Shown: positions 1 to 11,831 of the stretch, piece by piece
How positions within the stretch are numbered: the stretch's first letter is position 1
Layout of the letters: the number at the start of each line of letters is the position of its first letter
Assembly: GCF_009914755.1 (NCBI RefSeq)
Contig: NC_060925.1
DNA: 64,000 bases
DNA from: the human T2T-CHM13v2.0 reference genome, Homo sapiens
Reading direction: 5' to 3' (one strand)
Position numbers and translations under genes: made by a program
The notes under the pieces: model-generated
What the model was told of the DNA's origin: nothing
Database searches by the model: none
Seen by the model: only the letters and a program-made list of their open reading frames with translations

Positions 1-42
1 AATTTAGACTTTTCAGTTTTTCCCCATAGTTTGCATTTGCCT

Positions 43-278
43 ATCTATATATAGATAGAAGTATGTATATGTATATCTTTATGTATACATATCTATATAT
101 ACATATATGTGTAGCTATATGTCTAAGACATAGATATATAGATATACATACATTTACATATGTATATGTACATAGATATATATATCTAAGTCCTATCTTG
201 GCTTTCTCTAAGTCCTATCTTGACTATAAATATATATTTATAAATATATATTTAACATGTATATCTGTATCTATATAC
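43..278. repeat. Degenerate (TA)n/(TATG)n low-complexity tract
   Basis: Runs of tatata/tatgta/tacata. Confidence 0.9.
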
Positions 279-1199
279 ATTTCTAAGTCCTGTCTTGACT
301 TTCCTATTTTTTCAATTGTTTTGGCATCACTTATTTAAGCTTCAGCTTCTAGGTACCTCAGTTTTCTCTTGAGCTGGAAGGCACTAATAAAGCTTCTCCA
401 GTATTTACCCAGAAGAGAGATTCAGTGTCATTCAGTCATTTGGGCAACCACTTTGTAAAACTACCATTGTGTATATGACATATTTCTCCACTGTGAGAAG
501 AAAACACAAAAGAAGTAGAGCTTAGCGTGAAGAATGTATAGTTTCTTAGGCAAAGTAGCGTTTTACTCTCTTTTAACAAGAAAGTTCTTTAAGTTTTTTA
601 GGGGAAAGTAACATTGTAAATTGTTGATTTTTGTTACTTCATTTGTTGACTTGGTAGCGCTATTCTTTGACCCCTTTTTTATCTCATGTTTATTCATAAC
701 GTTTTCTCTTTATCATGCACCTTCATGAAATAGGAAATCACTTTAAAAAAGAAAAAAAGCACTCACTTTTGTAACTTCTCACTAAGCTTTTGAATCCCAT
801 GGTCAGATTCAGGTGAAAAAAGAGAAAAAAAAGAGGAGCCTCCTATCTACACTTCTTCAGCTGAGATAACAGATGCCTCTTTTCCACTTCTTAGTTAACC
901 TGGAAAGCTGGGGGTCTGTTTGAATTACTTAGAAAGGCTTTTAAACGCCATTAGTTGTTAAGTATTTTTTCTTCTGTATAGAAAATATGAAGAGTATTAT
1001 CCTGGTAAAATTTACGGGAAGTAGTGTTAGGTTCAGAATGAGGTGAAACTGATTTAAAACATTCTGCATTCAAAATGAGACATAATTTAGACTCTAATGT
1101 ACTTTGATTTTGTCAGTGTCCCAGTATTCTTTATTCTTTCATCTGCCTCTAGCTGATCGTAGGGGCTAGATTAGTATACCCACAAAGTCTTTCTAAGCT

Positions 1200-1407
1200 A
1201 GATTTTCTCAGCGTCAGCACCATTGACATTTGGGCCAGATAATTAGTTGTTGTGGGGGCTGTCCTGTGCATGGGATGTTCAGCAGCATCCCTGACCTCTA
1301 ACTACTAGATGCCAGTAGCAATCCCCAAGTTGTGACAATCAAAAATATTTCCAGACACTGCCACATTTCCCCTGGGGGCCAAAATAGCCCCAGGTTGAGA
1401 CACTTCT
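1200..1407 (+). mobile_element. MER20-like hAT-Charlie DNA transposon relic
   Basis: ttctcag...cagcaccattgacatttgggccagataat...gttgtgacaatcaaaaat...ccagaca...ggttgaga resembles the recalled MER20 consensus. Confidence 0.8.
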
Positions 1408-1519
1408 CTAACTCAGGTTCATACATGGAACCAGTTTCTCTTTTCAGGAATATCTTGACCATATTTAACCTTTCCTCCCAACCAGTTCAGCTCCAGTCCT
1501 ATCCAGAGGAGAGTCGGTG

Positions 1520-1750
1520 TTGCTTAATGGCTAAGAATGTGGTCTTTGGAGTCTGACAGACCTGGGTTTGAATCCTGATTCCACCATTTACTCATTGTAT
1601 GACCTTGGGTATGATAGTTAATCTCTCTGAGCCTTATTTCCTTATCTTTAGAAATAGAAATAATAACAGTGTCTTTCACAGAGTTATTGTAAGAATTAAA
1701 TGAGGTAATGTACGTAAAGCCCATGGTACACAATGTTTATTAAGTGGTAG
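1520..1750 (+). mobile_element. MIR SINE
   Basis: Core cagacctgggtttgaatcctg...tgaccttggg...tctctgagcct...aaatgaggtaatg. Confidence 0.8.
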
Positions 1751-1787
1751 ATATTAATAATAATATTGTACCTTTGCACTCCTGTGT

Positions 1788-1840
1788 TACACACACACAT
1801 GCACACACACACACACACACACACACATGCACACACACAC
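1788..1840. repeat. Interrupted (CA)n microsatellite
   Basis: Direct reading. Confidence 0.95.
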
Positions 1841-2874
1841 CCAACTTCTACTCTCTAATTCTCCATCTCAAAGAAATCTTATGGCATCACACTTTCAGCA
1901 CTCGTGAACTCCCTGTGTGGAAACAGAAAGTTCCCACAGAGTAGAGCAGGCACTAGGTGGCTGGAAGTAGTATGTTTAGTAGGATTGGAAACAAGCTTGA
2001 GTTCTAGGCTTCCTGGCCTCCCTGTTAAGAGAAAGGATTGGACTCCTAGATGGTTGCTTTGATGGAAAATCATCCTTCACCTTTTATACTACTTCCCTCC
2101 TGTGGCAATTCCAGTTATACTTGATATGGATTTTATTCCTTCCCAGACTCTTACCTGAATTGTTTTGAAGGCTTACAGTCTTCATAGGGTTGTTGTCTAG
2201 ATTGTGGAATTGTCCTAAGGATGAAATGAGAAAATGTGTTGTGTGGTACTTGGCATAAAGCCAGGAATATACTAAGTGCTCAGTAAATGATAACTGGCAT
2301 TGCAGTTGCTGTGAGAGGGTGTTTGATCTGGATAAAGCAGAACAGACAGATCCCCAGAATGCCAGGCCGGTAAAAGGAGCTTTTGGAAGCTTTTCCTCTT
2401 CCCTATTTTATATCTGAAAGGTAACAGAAAGCATAGGCTACTCCATAGGCTGCACTGCCCTCTTCGGGGTTCCTGACCAGCCCAGAAAGGCTTTGCCCTT
2501 GGGGCCTGAGAGTGGTGGTGTTGTTTCCCATCTACTCAGTATTATGAGGTGACTAAGTGATAGAAATCACCTGGCCAATATTAAAGAGAAATGATTACAA
2601 ATGATAATGAATAGAAATAAATAATACATGATGGATAGACATTAAGTTATTTCAATAAGAGGAAATGTTGGCTCAGTTCACATATTGCTTTCCTGTGCTT
2701 TGGAGTGGTCTTTAATCTGTGTTTGCTGAACCAAACACTTCTGGATTTTTCCCTTAGGGGTGTGAGGATATTGCTTCATGGGGGAGAGCTCCAGCTGAGT
2801 CTGTTAGTCTGTAAAGCAGAGAAATGACCCCCTTGGCTTGACCTCTGGGGGTGGGGGTGGGCGATGTCTTGCAG

Positions 2875-3090
2875 GTGATGAAGACATATCACATGTACAA
2901 TGCCGACAGCATCAGTGCTCAGAGCAAACTAAAGGAGGCGGAGAAGCAGGAGGAGAAGCAAATTGGTAAATCGGTAAAGCAGGAGGACCGGCAGACCCCA
3001 CGCTCCCCTGACTCCACGGCCAACGTTCGCATTGAGGAGAAACATGTCCGGAGGAGCTCAGTGAAGAAGATTGAGAAGATGAAGGAGAAG
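2875..3090 (+). CDS. SRGAP2: SRGAP2 coding exon 5 (F-BAR, ~V163-K234)
   Basis: ttgcag|GTGATG...GAGAAG|gtatgt; 216 nt, phase 0-0; VMKTYHMYNADSISAQSKLKEAEKQEEKQIGKSVKQEDRQTPRSPDSTANVRIEEKHVRRSSVKKIEKMKEK matches recalled SRGAP2 F-BAR. Confidence 0.97.
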
Positions 3091-3730
3091 GTATGTAGGC
3101 TCCCACAGCTGTAGATGCTGGGAAGCAACATTCGGTAAGGCATGGCTGATAGGAATTTCCCAGTAGTCACTGGGAAGAGCAGACGAGGAAGCTCTGGGTT
3201 CTTTTAGTGCCTAATGACTGAAAATGAGGCCTTGCTCTGTGCCCTGGCAGGAATACTAGGTATTGGAAGAACTGGGCACGTGGGATCCAAGTTTCTAGCC
3301 TCTAGCAGAAAACCAAGAAACAGCAGTCACCTTTCCCAATCCATTTTCCAAATAGAGCTCAATATCCTATTGCTTTGGAGGGGTTGGGGGTGACTGTAAA
3401 CCCAGGATTTGGTTTCAGGTATCAGGTGTTCAGGGGCAAGAGTAGTGGTACCTCCTTCAGAGTGGCATTGCAAGAATGAAGAATGATATTTGAAGATAGA
3501 ATCAAAGTGGGGCACGCATCTTAAGTAGGGAGCCTCATTAACCTTTCCTGAATTGATCTACATTGTGCCCTTGAATCTCATTAAACAGAATTAGAACCCA
3601 ATTTAAGGCAGATGCGCATAGGGAGTAGCAACACAATTGTAGTTCTTGAATACACTGTACTTTTATCTTTTAGAGAACAAGCCCCCCTTAAAAAAAAAAA
3701 GGTAAAAGTGAACTTCTGTTTCCTTTTCAG

Positions 3731-3859
3731 CGTCAAGCCAAGTACACGGAGAATAAGCTGAAGGCCATCAAAGCCCGGAATGAGTACTTGCTGGCTTTGG
3801 AGGCAACCAATGCATCTGTCTTCAAGTACTACATCCATGACCTATCTGACCTTATTGAT
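3731..3859 (+). CDS. SRGAP2: SRGAP2 coding exon 6 (F-BAR, ~R235-D277)
   Basis: ttttcag|CGTCAA...ATTGAT|gtaagt; 129 nt; RQAKYTENKLKAIKARNEYLLALEATNASVFKYYIHDLSDLID. Confidence 0.97.
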
Positions 3860-4224
3860 GTAAGTGCTTAAAGCCAAGGGCCTGAGGGCACCTCTTTTCT
3901 GGTTTCAGAATACTCGTCAGACATTCCCCGATACTATTGTTCAGGAATCTGGTGCATTTTGAGAACAATTAGGAAGATAGCAGCCATGATCCATCAGGGT
4001 GCTTGCCAAGCACCAAGTGAAACACTTCACACTTATTCAATCCTAACTGGAATTCTGGGAGGAAGGCATTATTATCTATATTTTTACAGATTAACAGAGA
4101 GTTTAGATGACTTAGTCAGAGTCAGTTAACAAATGACAGAGGCAAAATTTGCACCTAGGCCTGATGACTCAACCCAGGCTCATAACCACTACACTCGTCT
4201 ATCTGCCAGGAAATACTTTCTTCC

Positions 4225-4605
<381 letters not shown>

Positions 4606-6097
4606 TAAAGAGTTACAATGCCATCCCTTATATTTGTATAGCATTTAAGGTTTCTCAGTGTTAACTCATTTGACTCTCACATCACCATTATGGGTAAGCA
4701 TTGCTGTCTCCAGTTGCTAGATAAGGAAGCTCAAGGTCCAGAGGACTACGAGACTCACTTGTCCAAGGTTATGCTGCAAATTAGGGTCCTGTCAGGAAGG
4801 TATCCAGCTCCCCCTGACATCTGGCCCATTTTTTAAAATATGTGATGCAAAGGGGATTGAGGAAAGCGGCTAATAGGCACATGTGTTTTGCAAGGGGCAA
4901 GCGCAGGGATAAGCTTTTTGTTTTTTGCCTGTGAGTTATTCTTGGCCTTGTTTTTCCTGCTGCTTCCCCTTACAGTTGGGTCTTACAAGCCCTCTCACCT
5001 ACAGACTCCAATCTGGCCCAGGTCCTGAGCCACACCTAAGTGAAGCTATGTAATTACACCCTTTCTCACCTCTCCTTCCAGTCATCAAAGTGAGGCATCT
5101 GGAGCCAGCCAATTTAGCATCCCAGTCTCTGGGGCTTCAAGTGTATCTCATCTCGGAGGCCTGCCATTTGTTTCAGGGTCTTGTTGGCAGCAGTTGGGCT
5201 TTGCAAAACTCTGGCCCGACCACTCTTGCTTTCCTGCCTTGGTTTCTCCACAAGCAAACCTGCCACACCTCACAACATCATATGGGATTTGGGTCCGAGT
5301 CTTGCTGTTATATCACCACCTGGGTCATCTAGGCTTGTCACTGAATTGTTCTGAAACCCAGCTTTGTTTCTCACCCACTCCCAAGCTCCTCTAGCTAACT
5401 GAAGAACTGGACTAATTCCCTGGTATTAAAATCTGGCCTCACGTAAGAGTTGCTTGGGGAACTTCTCTAAAATACAGATTCCTGTCTCCCTTTAGCCGAG
5501 GATTTTTGATTCAGTAGATTTCAGCCACTTAATGCCCTAGGTGTCATTGTCTCACTGGGTTAGTAGAGCCTTGCTCCCTGTTCTGGTACCTCTTTGTTCT
5601 CTCTGCTTATTGATGACAATCTGAACACTGTCCTTCAATGGAGGTCAGAGCCCTAAACAAGATCCTTTCTCCTCCTCAGGGGAAGAGCTCCTCATTGTTG
5701 GGAGAGAGGCCTGTTCTCAGCATAAGGAAGAGAATCCATTCTTTCTTATGCACAATTTCTGCTATTTATCTCGCATTTGGTAAAAATTCAGACTGTGCTG
5801 TCTGCCACACCACTGCTATTGGTTAGCCCTCTTCTCTTTTTTTGTACTCAAGGCAACTTCCCTACCTTTTTCACCGAAATACTGATCTCAGGGGAAGGGA
5901 GGGGTTACTGCTGTATCAGCCACAACCTTTGCAATCCATAGATTCTCCATCAGGTATAACCAAGTGTTTTAAAATCAGTCCAAGAAGTGAGGTATTTTGT
6001 ACCTTATTTTCATCATTTAAAAAAAAAAAAACGTCTGCTAAGAGCCTAATTTCACAGGATGTGGTGTGACATGCCATTGAAAAAGAGGCTGCCTTAG

Positions 6098-6428
<331 letters not shown>

Positions 6429-7104
6429 TTTCTTTGCTGCTGTTTTGGTTGTGTCTTGTTTTAGTTTGTTGGTTGGTTGGGTTTTTGTTGTTTTTCCTGG
6501 GATATGGACACATTCATTATTTTTTTTAAAGTTGTATTATTCTGCTCTATAAATGTTCAGTAAATATTTATTTAGGGAGAAGCCACGTGCTCAGTATTGG
6601 GGTAAAAATGGATTATAGTAGTTCTCACCCTAGAGGTAGTCATAGGCTGTAAGACAACATTTTTCAAACCATTGGTCAGATCCCTTAAGAAAGCCAGGAA
6701 ATCACTTTTATTGGTTTAACCTGTGTTTTCAGATGACTAGATGAGACTAGAATAAGAAAGAAAATATTAGAGTACATCACATTGGTAAGATTATGTGAAA
6801 CTTTTATGTTAGATATGTATGTACACACTTGTACATCCTATGGGGGAGTGTGTGACAATAGAAGATGTGTTTCTTATTGTGAGTTGGGAGTCAAAAAAGT
6901 GTTTGTGAGCCATTGTACTATGAACAGAGGAAGATCTCAGTCTCATCTGTTAAGTTCTGTGAGAGCAGGAACCAAGAGTTTTCTTTACCTTAGTAGCCTC
7001 CAGTGCTTAATATATAGCTGAGCACATAGTGTGTTTACTGAAGGAAGAAAGGAATAGAAAGAGGAGGAAGATGATCATCTAAGCTAAGATCGGTTTTTCT
7101 TTTT

Positions 7105-7470
7105 GTACCTTTCAATATGGTTTTGAAGTATAATTTACATACAGTAACTAAACTTAAGTGTTACAGTTTCAAGAGTTTTGACAAATTTGTACATCTTTGT
7201 AACCTATGTCAAGATATAGAATAAATATTTTGATAAGAGATATCTTTCCATTGCCTCAGAAAGTTTCTCTTGTCTCTTCCCAGCCAATCCCCCACCCCAA
7301 GGCAACCACTGTTATGATTTCTTTCACCATAAATTAGTTTTGCCCATTGTAGAACTTCACAAAGATGGGATTATCCTTTTTTGTGTCTGGCATCTTTTGT
7401 CAGCATGATGTTTTTGAATTTCATCCATGTTGTTTGCATGTATCGGTAGTGTCTTTCTTTTTCTTGCTGA
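7105..7470 (-). mobile_element. Old L1 (L1M-type) 3' end fragment
   Basis: tttgaagtataatttacatacagtaa...ttttgacaaa...ggcaaccactgtt...ttcatccatgttgt resembles an antisense L1M 3' UTR. Confidence 0.7.
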
Positions 7471-9419
7471 CCTATGAGATAAAAAGGGCCAAAAGGATGC
7501 AGTTAGAGCAGGACTAAGTGAGGAGCCTGGGATATTGGCATCCTGATCTTAACATTATTCATTACTTGCTTTAAGACATGGGATGAATCCTGTTGCAGTC
7601 CATTGCCATCTGTGTCATGTACAGCCTTCTGCCTCCTTCTTAGTGGTTCTGAAGCCAAATGTGTGCATAAGGCATTGAGGATAAGTGAAAAGAAGTTATT
7701 TTTGTTGATGCCATTACATTGACCAAGGACTAGCCTCCGACTTCTTTTTATAGTATAGTGCAAGATTTAAACTTCAGACTGTAGGAATCCACGTGAGGCA
7801 TCTGCCACACTGGGGAAACCTTGACTTCAGGCCAAAAAGACGTTCTGAGCTCATTTGATGGCATCTAAGAACGTAGGCTCACTGGAATGTAATTTTCCTC
7901 CCCCATACTCTTCTGGCTCTCTCAACCCAGGAGCAGATGGATGAATGAAGAACAGGGCATTGTCCTCATGCATAGCTGGAGTGTTGTAAGTGCCGTGTAC
8001 ATGTATGGAAGGTCTGTGACACCATGTGCACCCAAGTCGGACATGAGGGAACTTGGCTGTTTCAGTAAGAAATGTCATTAAGGGCAGTTATTTTTCTCTT
8101 TTGTGTGAACTTGAAGTGGGTGTTGTGAAACACCCATTTTTCCTTTCCAGGCCTTGTGGAGTCTCTGGGTGAAGATATCAGCTGGGAAAGGGTTAATGAG
8201 CTATCAACTCAAGTCATCATACATCTGGATGGGCTGTCATTAACTTCTTACAAAAATTTGATTTCCCCTGAGAGATTTTTCATCAAACATTTATATAACC
8301 CAGAAATGGCCAGGGGAGTCCAGCGTGGCCACAGAACTCATCAGAAGCCATGGAAAGCCTGCTTTGTCCCCACTGTGAGCAAAATAATGTGCTTCCTGTA
8401 CTTACTGGGATTCTTCTTGGAACAGGATGAAATATTCAAATCTCATTTACCTAACCTTGCCAGATATTGCTTCTTCGCTGAAGGCTCGGTTTCTGGCTGT
8501 TTCCCCTACAGGTATATAGATAGTCAAGACTCTGGAGAACCTCTTCCGAATCTGCCTGGTTGGCTAGAGGTGTAGAGGAGCCAGGGGCACATTGTGACTC
8601 AGACCCTCACTCATTGGCACAAAGAAGCTACAGAATAGTTATATAAACAGAGGCAGTGTGCCAGCCTGGGAAAACTCCCAGCCTCCCTTTGGCCATAGAG
8701 TAAGCAAAACAAATGGCTTCACTGGCCCCATCTACCCACTTGACTTAGGTCAGTATTCAGCCTAAATGTTTTATTTCCTGAGAGGCTGGAATCTGTATTT
8801 GTGGTATCAATCAGTCAACTGAAATTTATTAAATGCCTGCTGTGAGCAAGGCCTAATGCTGAGGGATGTAAAGAAGAGTGAGAAGCTAGTCTGGTTGGGG
8901 TGATATGACATGGCAAGTCATAGAATGAAGAAGCGTATTCCTTGTCATATGAAAGCTGTAGATTAGTGTGTTTCTAAGTAGAGGCCAGGGTCACTGGAGT
9001 CTAGGATTGCAGGGTTGGCTGGCTTCCCAGAGGCTAAGAATTTAATCTGGATCTTGAAGATCTGGTCCAATTCCAACAGGTGAGAGGCATAGGAAACATT
9101 TAAGGAAAAGGACATTCTGGGAGCTGAAGGGCAGAGGTCAGTGGATTTGGAGCTATATTAGTATTTTTTTAAAGTGTCTACATGGTACCAAATATCTGTA
9201 AATATATTGCCTGTTAGCCTACAACAAACTGTGTGGCTGGTGTTATCCTCATTTGAGGCCCAGAAGGATTAAGTAGCTTGCTTATGGCCATATAGCTGAT
9301 TTGAAGACTAATACTCTACCCTAAACAGAGAGTATTTCATTGGATTAGAGCAGATGAATCTGAAGAAGAAAATAAAGGGAGTTGATGTTGGATGGGTAGA
9401 TTGAAGACAGATTACAGTT

Positions 9420-9590
9420 TGTTCTGGCTATTGAACCTTGCTCAAATTATTTAACTTCACTGAACCTCAGCTTTCAAGCCTGGAAAATTAAGATTATACC
9501 AACCTCATTGGGGTTATTATGAGGATTAAAATGTAGAATGTATATAAAGCACTTAGCACATGGACTGACGTATAGTAAGCATACTTAGTG
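9420..9590 (+). mobile_element. MIR SINE fragment
   Basis: ttatttaac...gaacctcag...gaggattaaa...aaagcacttagcaca. Confidence 0.65.
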
Positions 9591-11606
9591 AAATAGAAGC
9601 ATTTTTTAAATTTCAAAACTGAGGAAGGTGGATTTTACCTTGGGGAAAAAAAATGAGAGGTATTTTAGGTTCTTCAACAGGAAAGTGCCATAATTAAAGT
9701 CACAGTTTAGGACAGTGAAGCAGACGGTGAGGGTATGAATAGGGGTAGAGGTAGTAAGAATGGAGAGGAAAGGGAAATTACCAAAAACAGGTAAAAGTTT
9801 TTTGAAGGGTAACTTTTCTCTCCCAGATTCTACCCCCTGCCCACACCCCCTCCACCCACACTCATACACTCTGTGGGCCGTGTTACTTCTGTTCATTAGA
9901 CTTATAGGCATAGAGCTCATCAACAGGGTCTACATAGAGCTAGTCAGGAAGGTTTACAGGTTCAAGGGCAGCCTGGTGAGACCAGCAGCATCTCCCAGAG
10001 AGCCCATGCCCGTGCAGAGTCCTAATGAGCCGCTTTTGTCTAGCTTCCATTTGCTCTTCCCTCCCAACTGAATTTAATGTCTTTCCATCCTCTGCCTCTA
10101 GTTAAGTTGTAACTGCTGTTATTCCACTGCAGCCAGGCAGCTGCCAGGGCCTGTTGGCACTGAACCCAGAGCCCAACCCAACTGATGTTCTCACTGAGCT
10201 TCTTGTCAGATGCCAGGAAAGAGGAGGCACATCATATGCCTTTTCTTCCCCAATAGTAGCTGCTTCCAATGTGATCATGATGAGAGGAAAAGGCTGTGGG
10301 GAGAGTTAATTTGATGCTTGCTTGTGCAATGAAATGGCAATCAGGCAGATGGCCTTACTCTATGCATAGATTCTTCTTTGAGGTTTCTTCTCAGGACCCG
10401 GACCTCAGAGCTGCTTAAGCAATAGAGAAGATGATGGATGGCCAAGGAATTGGGATCTCTGGGTCTTTTGGGAGGGATGGGGAATATTATCACAGAGTTA
10501 CAGAATGCCATTGCTGAAGAGGGCCTTAGGGATTACATTTAGTCCAAGGATTTTCAGACTTTTCTCTAACAGAAGAATTCTTTCTTCAAACCAAACCTTA
10601 CATAGAATCCCTAAATATTAAATAGAAAAAAGAGCAGGGTTGGCTTGGTTGAAGGAGGAATAGAAGACTCCAAGTCCTAGTAGTTGGGTTGTCCTTTTAC
10701 TCACTTCTCAAGGGCAGCTTCAGTGCCAGCTCTGGTCTACTGCTTGAAAGCCACTAGCCTGGCCAAATCTGTTCATTTTACTATGGAAGAAACAGGTCCA
10801 GAGAAGGGGAGTGGCTTTTCCAAGGTTGCTTGATTCTGCGCCAGTGCTTTTTTTATACAGTTGCCTCTTTTTGCATTTTGTTGTAAAAAATCAGAATCCT
10901 TTACATGGCATGAATTTTTCCAGTAACACTTTTGCGTAGAGCTTTTTAGTCTTATAAATGCTATTTCTGTAGTGCAGGGGCATCTGTTGTCAGATGCCAG
11001 GAAGGAGGAGGCATGTCAGAAACCCTAGTCTGCAGCTAAGGCCTGTCCTAGGATGTTGGGCATTGGTGGGGATGATGACCCACAGAGTCAGCTCCCCATT
11101 CTCTCCTTCTCCCATCTAGAGTTGAGCTTGCATACATTAGCTGCTGTTGCAATACTCCTGCTTTCAGAACCCTGAAATGGCCTGGCTTGGTTGCTATATA
11201 GTGATTTAACCACAGTAACCCTCAGTGAGTGGCAGGTTGTATTTTTATTGTTGAATTTTGTTATAATGACAACCCCAGATAAACCTGAAAATGAAAGAGG
11301 ATTCTCTTTAACTCTCAATTCTTCTCATGTTTATGAAGTAGCGCTTAATTAAATAATGTCATTTTATCCTTATGAATCTTCTTCCTCCTAACCGCCTCAC
11401 AGCCCTCTAGGGTGTGTTTAACTGTTGAATTGGGAGTCAAGAACTGAGAACTCTCACCCAGACCTTGGAAGTCGGAATGTCAGCCCTCTTTCTACTGCAC
11501 AGCCAAGCCTATTGATGTGGTCAGATCTGCCCTCTGGACCACCTTCCTTTTCTGCCAAGCCTTGGGGCTGTCCATGGTGTGCTCATGTGCCTTCTCCTTC
11601 CCACAG

Positions 11607-11831
11607 CAGTGTTGTGACTTAGGCTACCATGCAAGTCTGAACCGGGCTCTACGCACCTTCCTCTCTGCTGAGTTAAACCTGGAACAGTCGAAGCATGAGG
11701 GTCTGGATGCCATCGAGAATGCAGTAGAAAACCTGGATGCCACCAGTGACAAGCAGCGCCTCATGGAGATGTACAACAACGTCTTCTGCCCCCCTATGAA
11801 GTTTGAGTTTCAGCCCCACATGGGGGATATG
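11607..11831 (+). CDS. SRGAP2: SRGAP2 coding exon 7 (F-BAR, ~Q278-M352; contains the PPMKF Homer/EVH1-type motif at 11790-11804)
   Basis: ccacag|CAG|TGT tandem acceptor, donor ATG|gtgagg; 225 nt (222 from the distal AG); QCCDLGYHASLNRALRTFLSAELNLEQSKHEGLDAIENAVENLDATSDKQRLMEMYNNVFCPPMKFEFQPHMGDM. Confidence 0.97.

Noticed and set aside
63-338. 91-aa Tyr/Ile-rich ORF
   Set aside because: Translation of a TA-rich low-complexity tract.
2912-3170. Antisense ORFs over exons (also 3581, 15431, 16506, 25984, 63443)
   Set aside because: Shadows of the sense coding exons; no independent gene structure.
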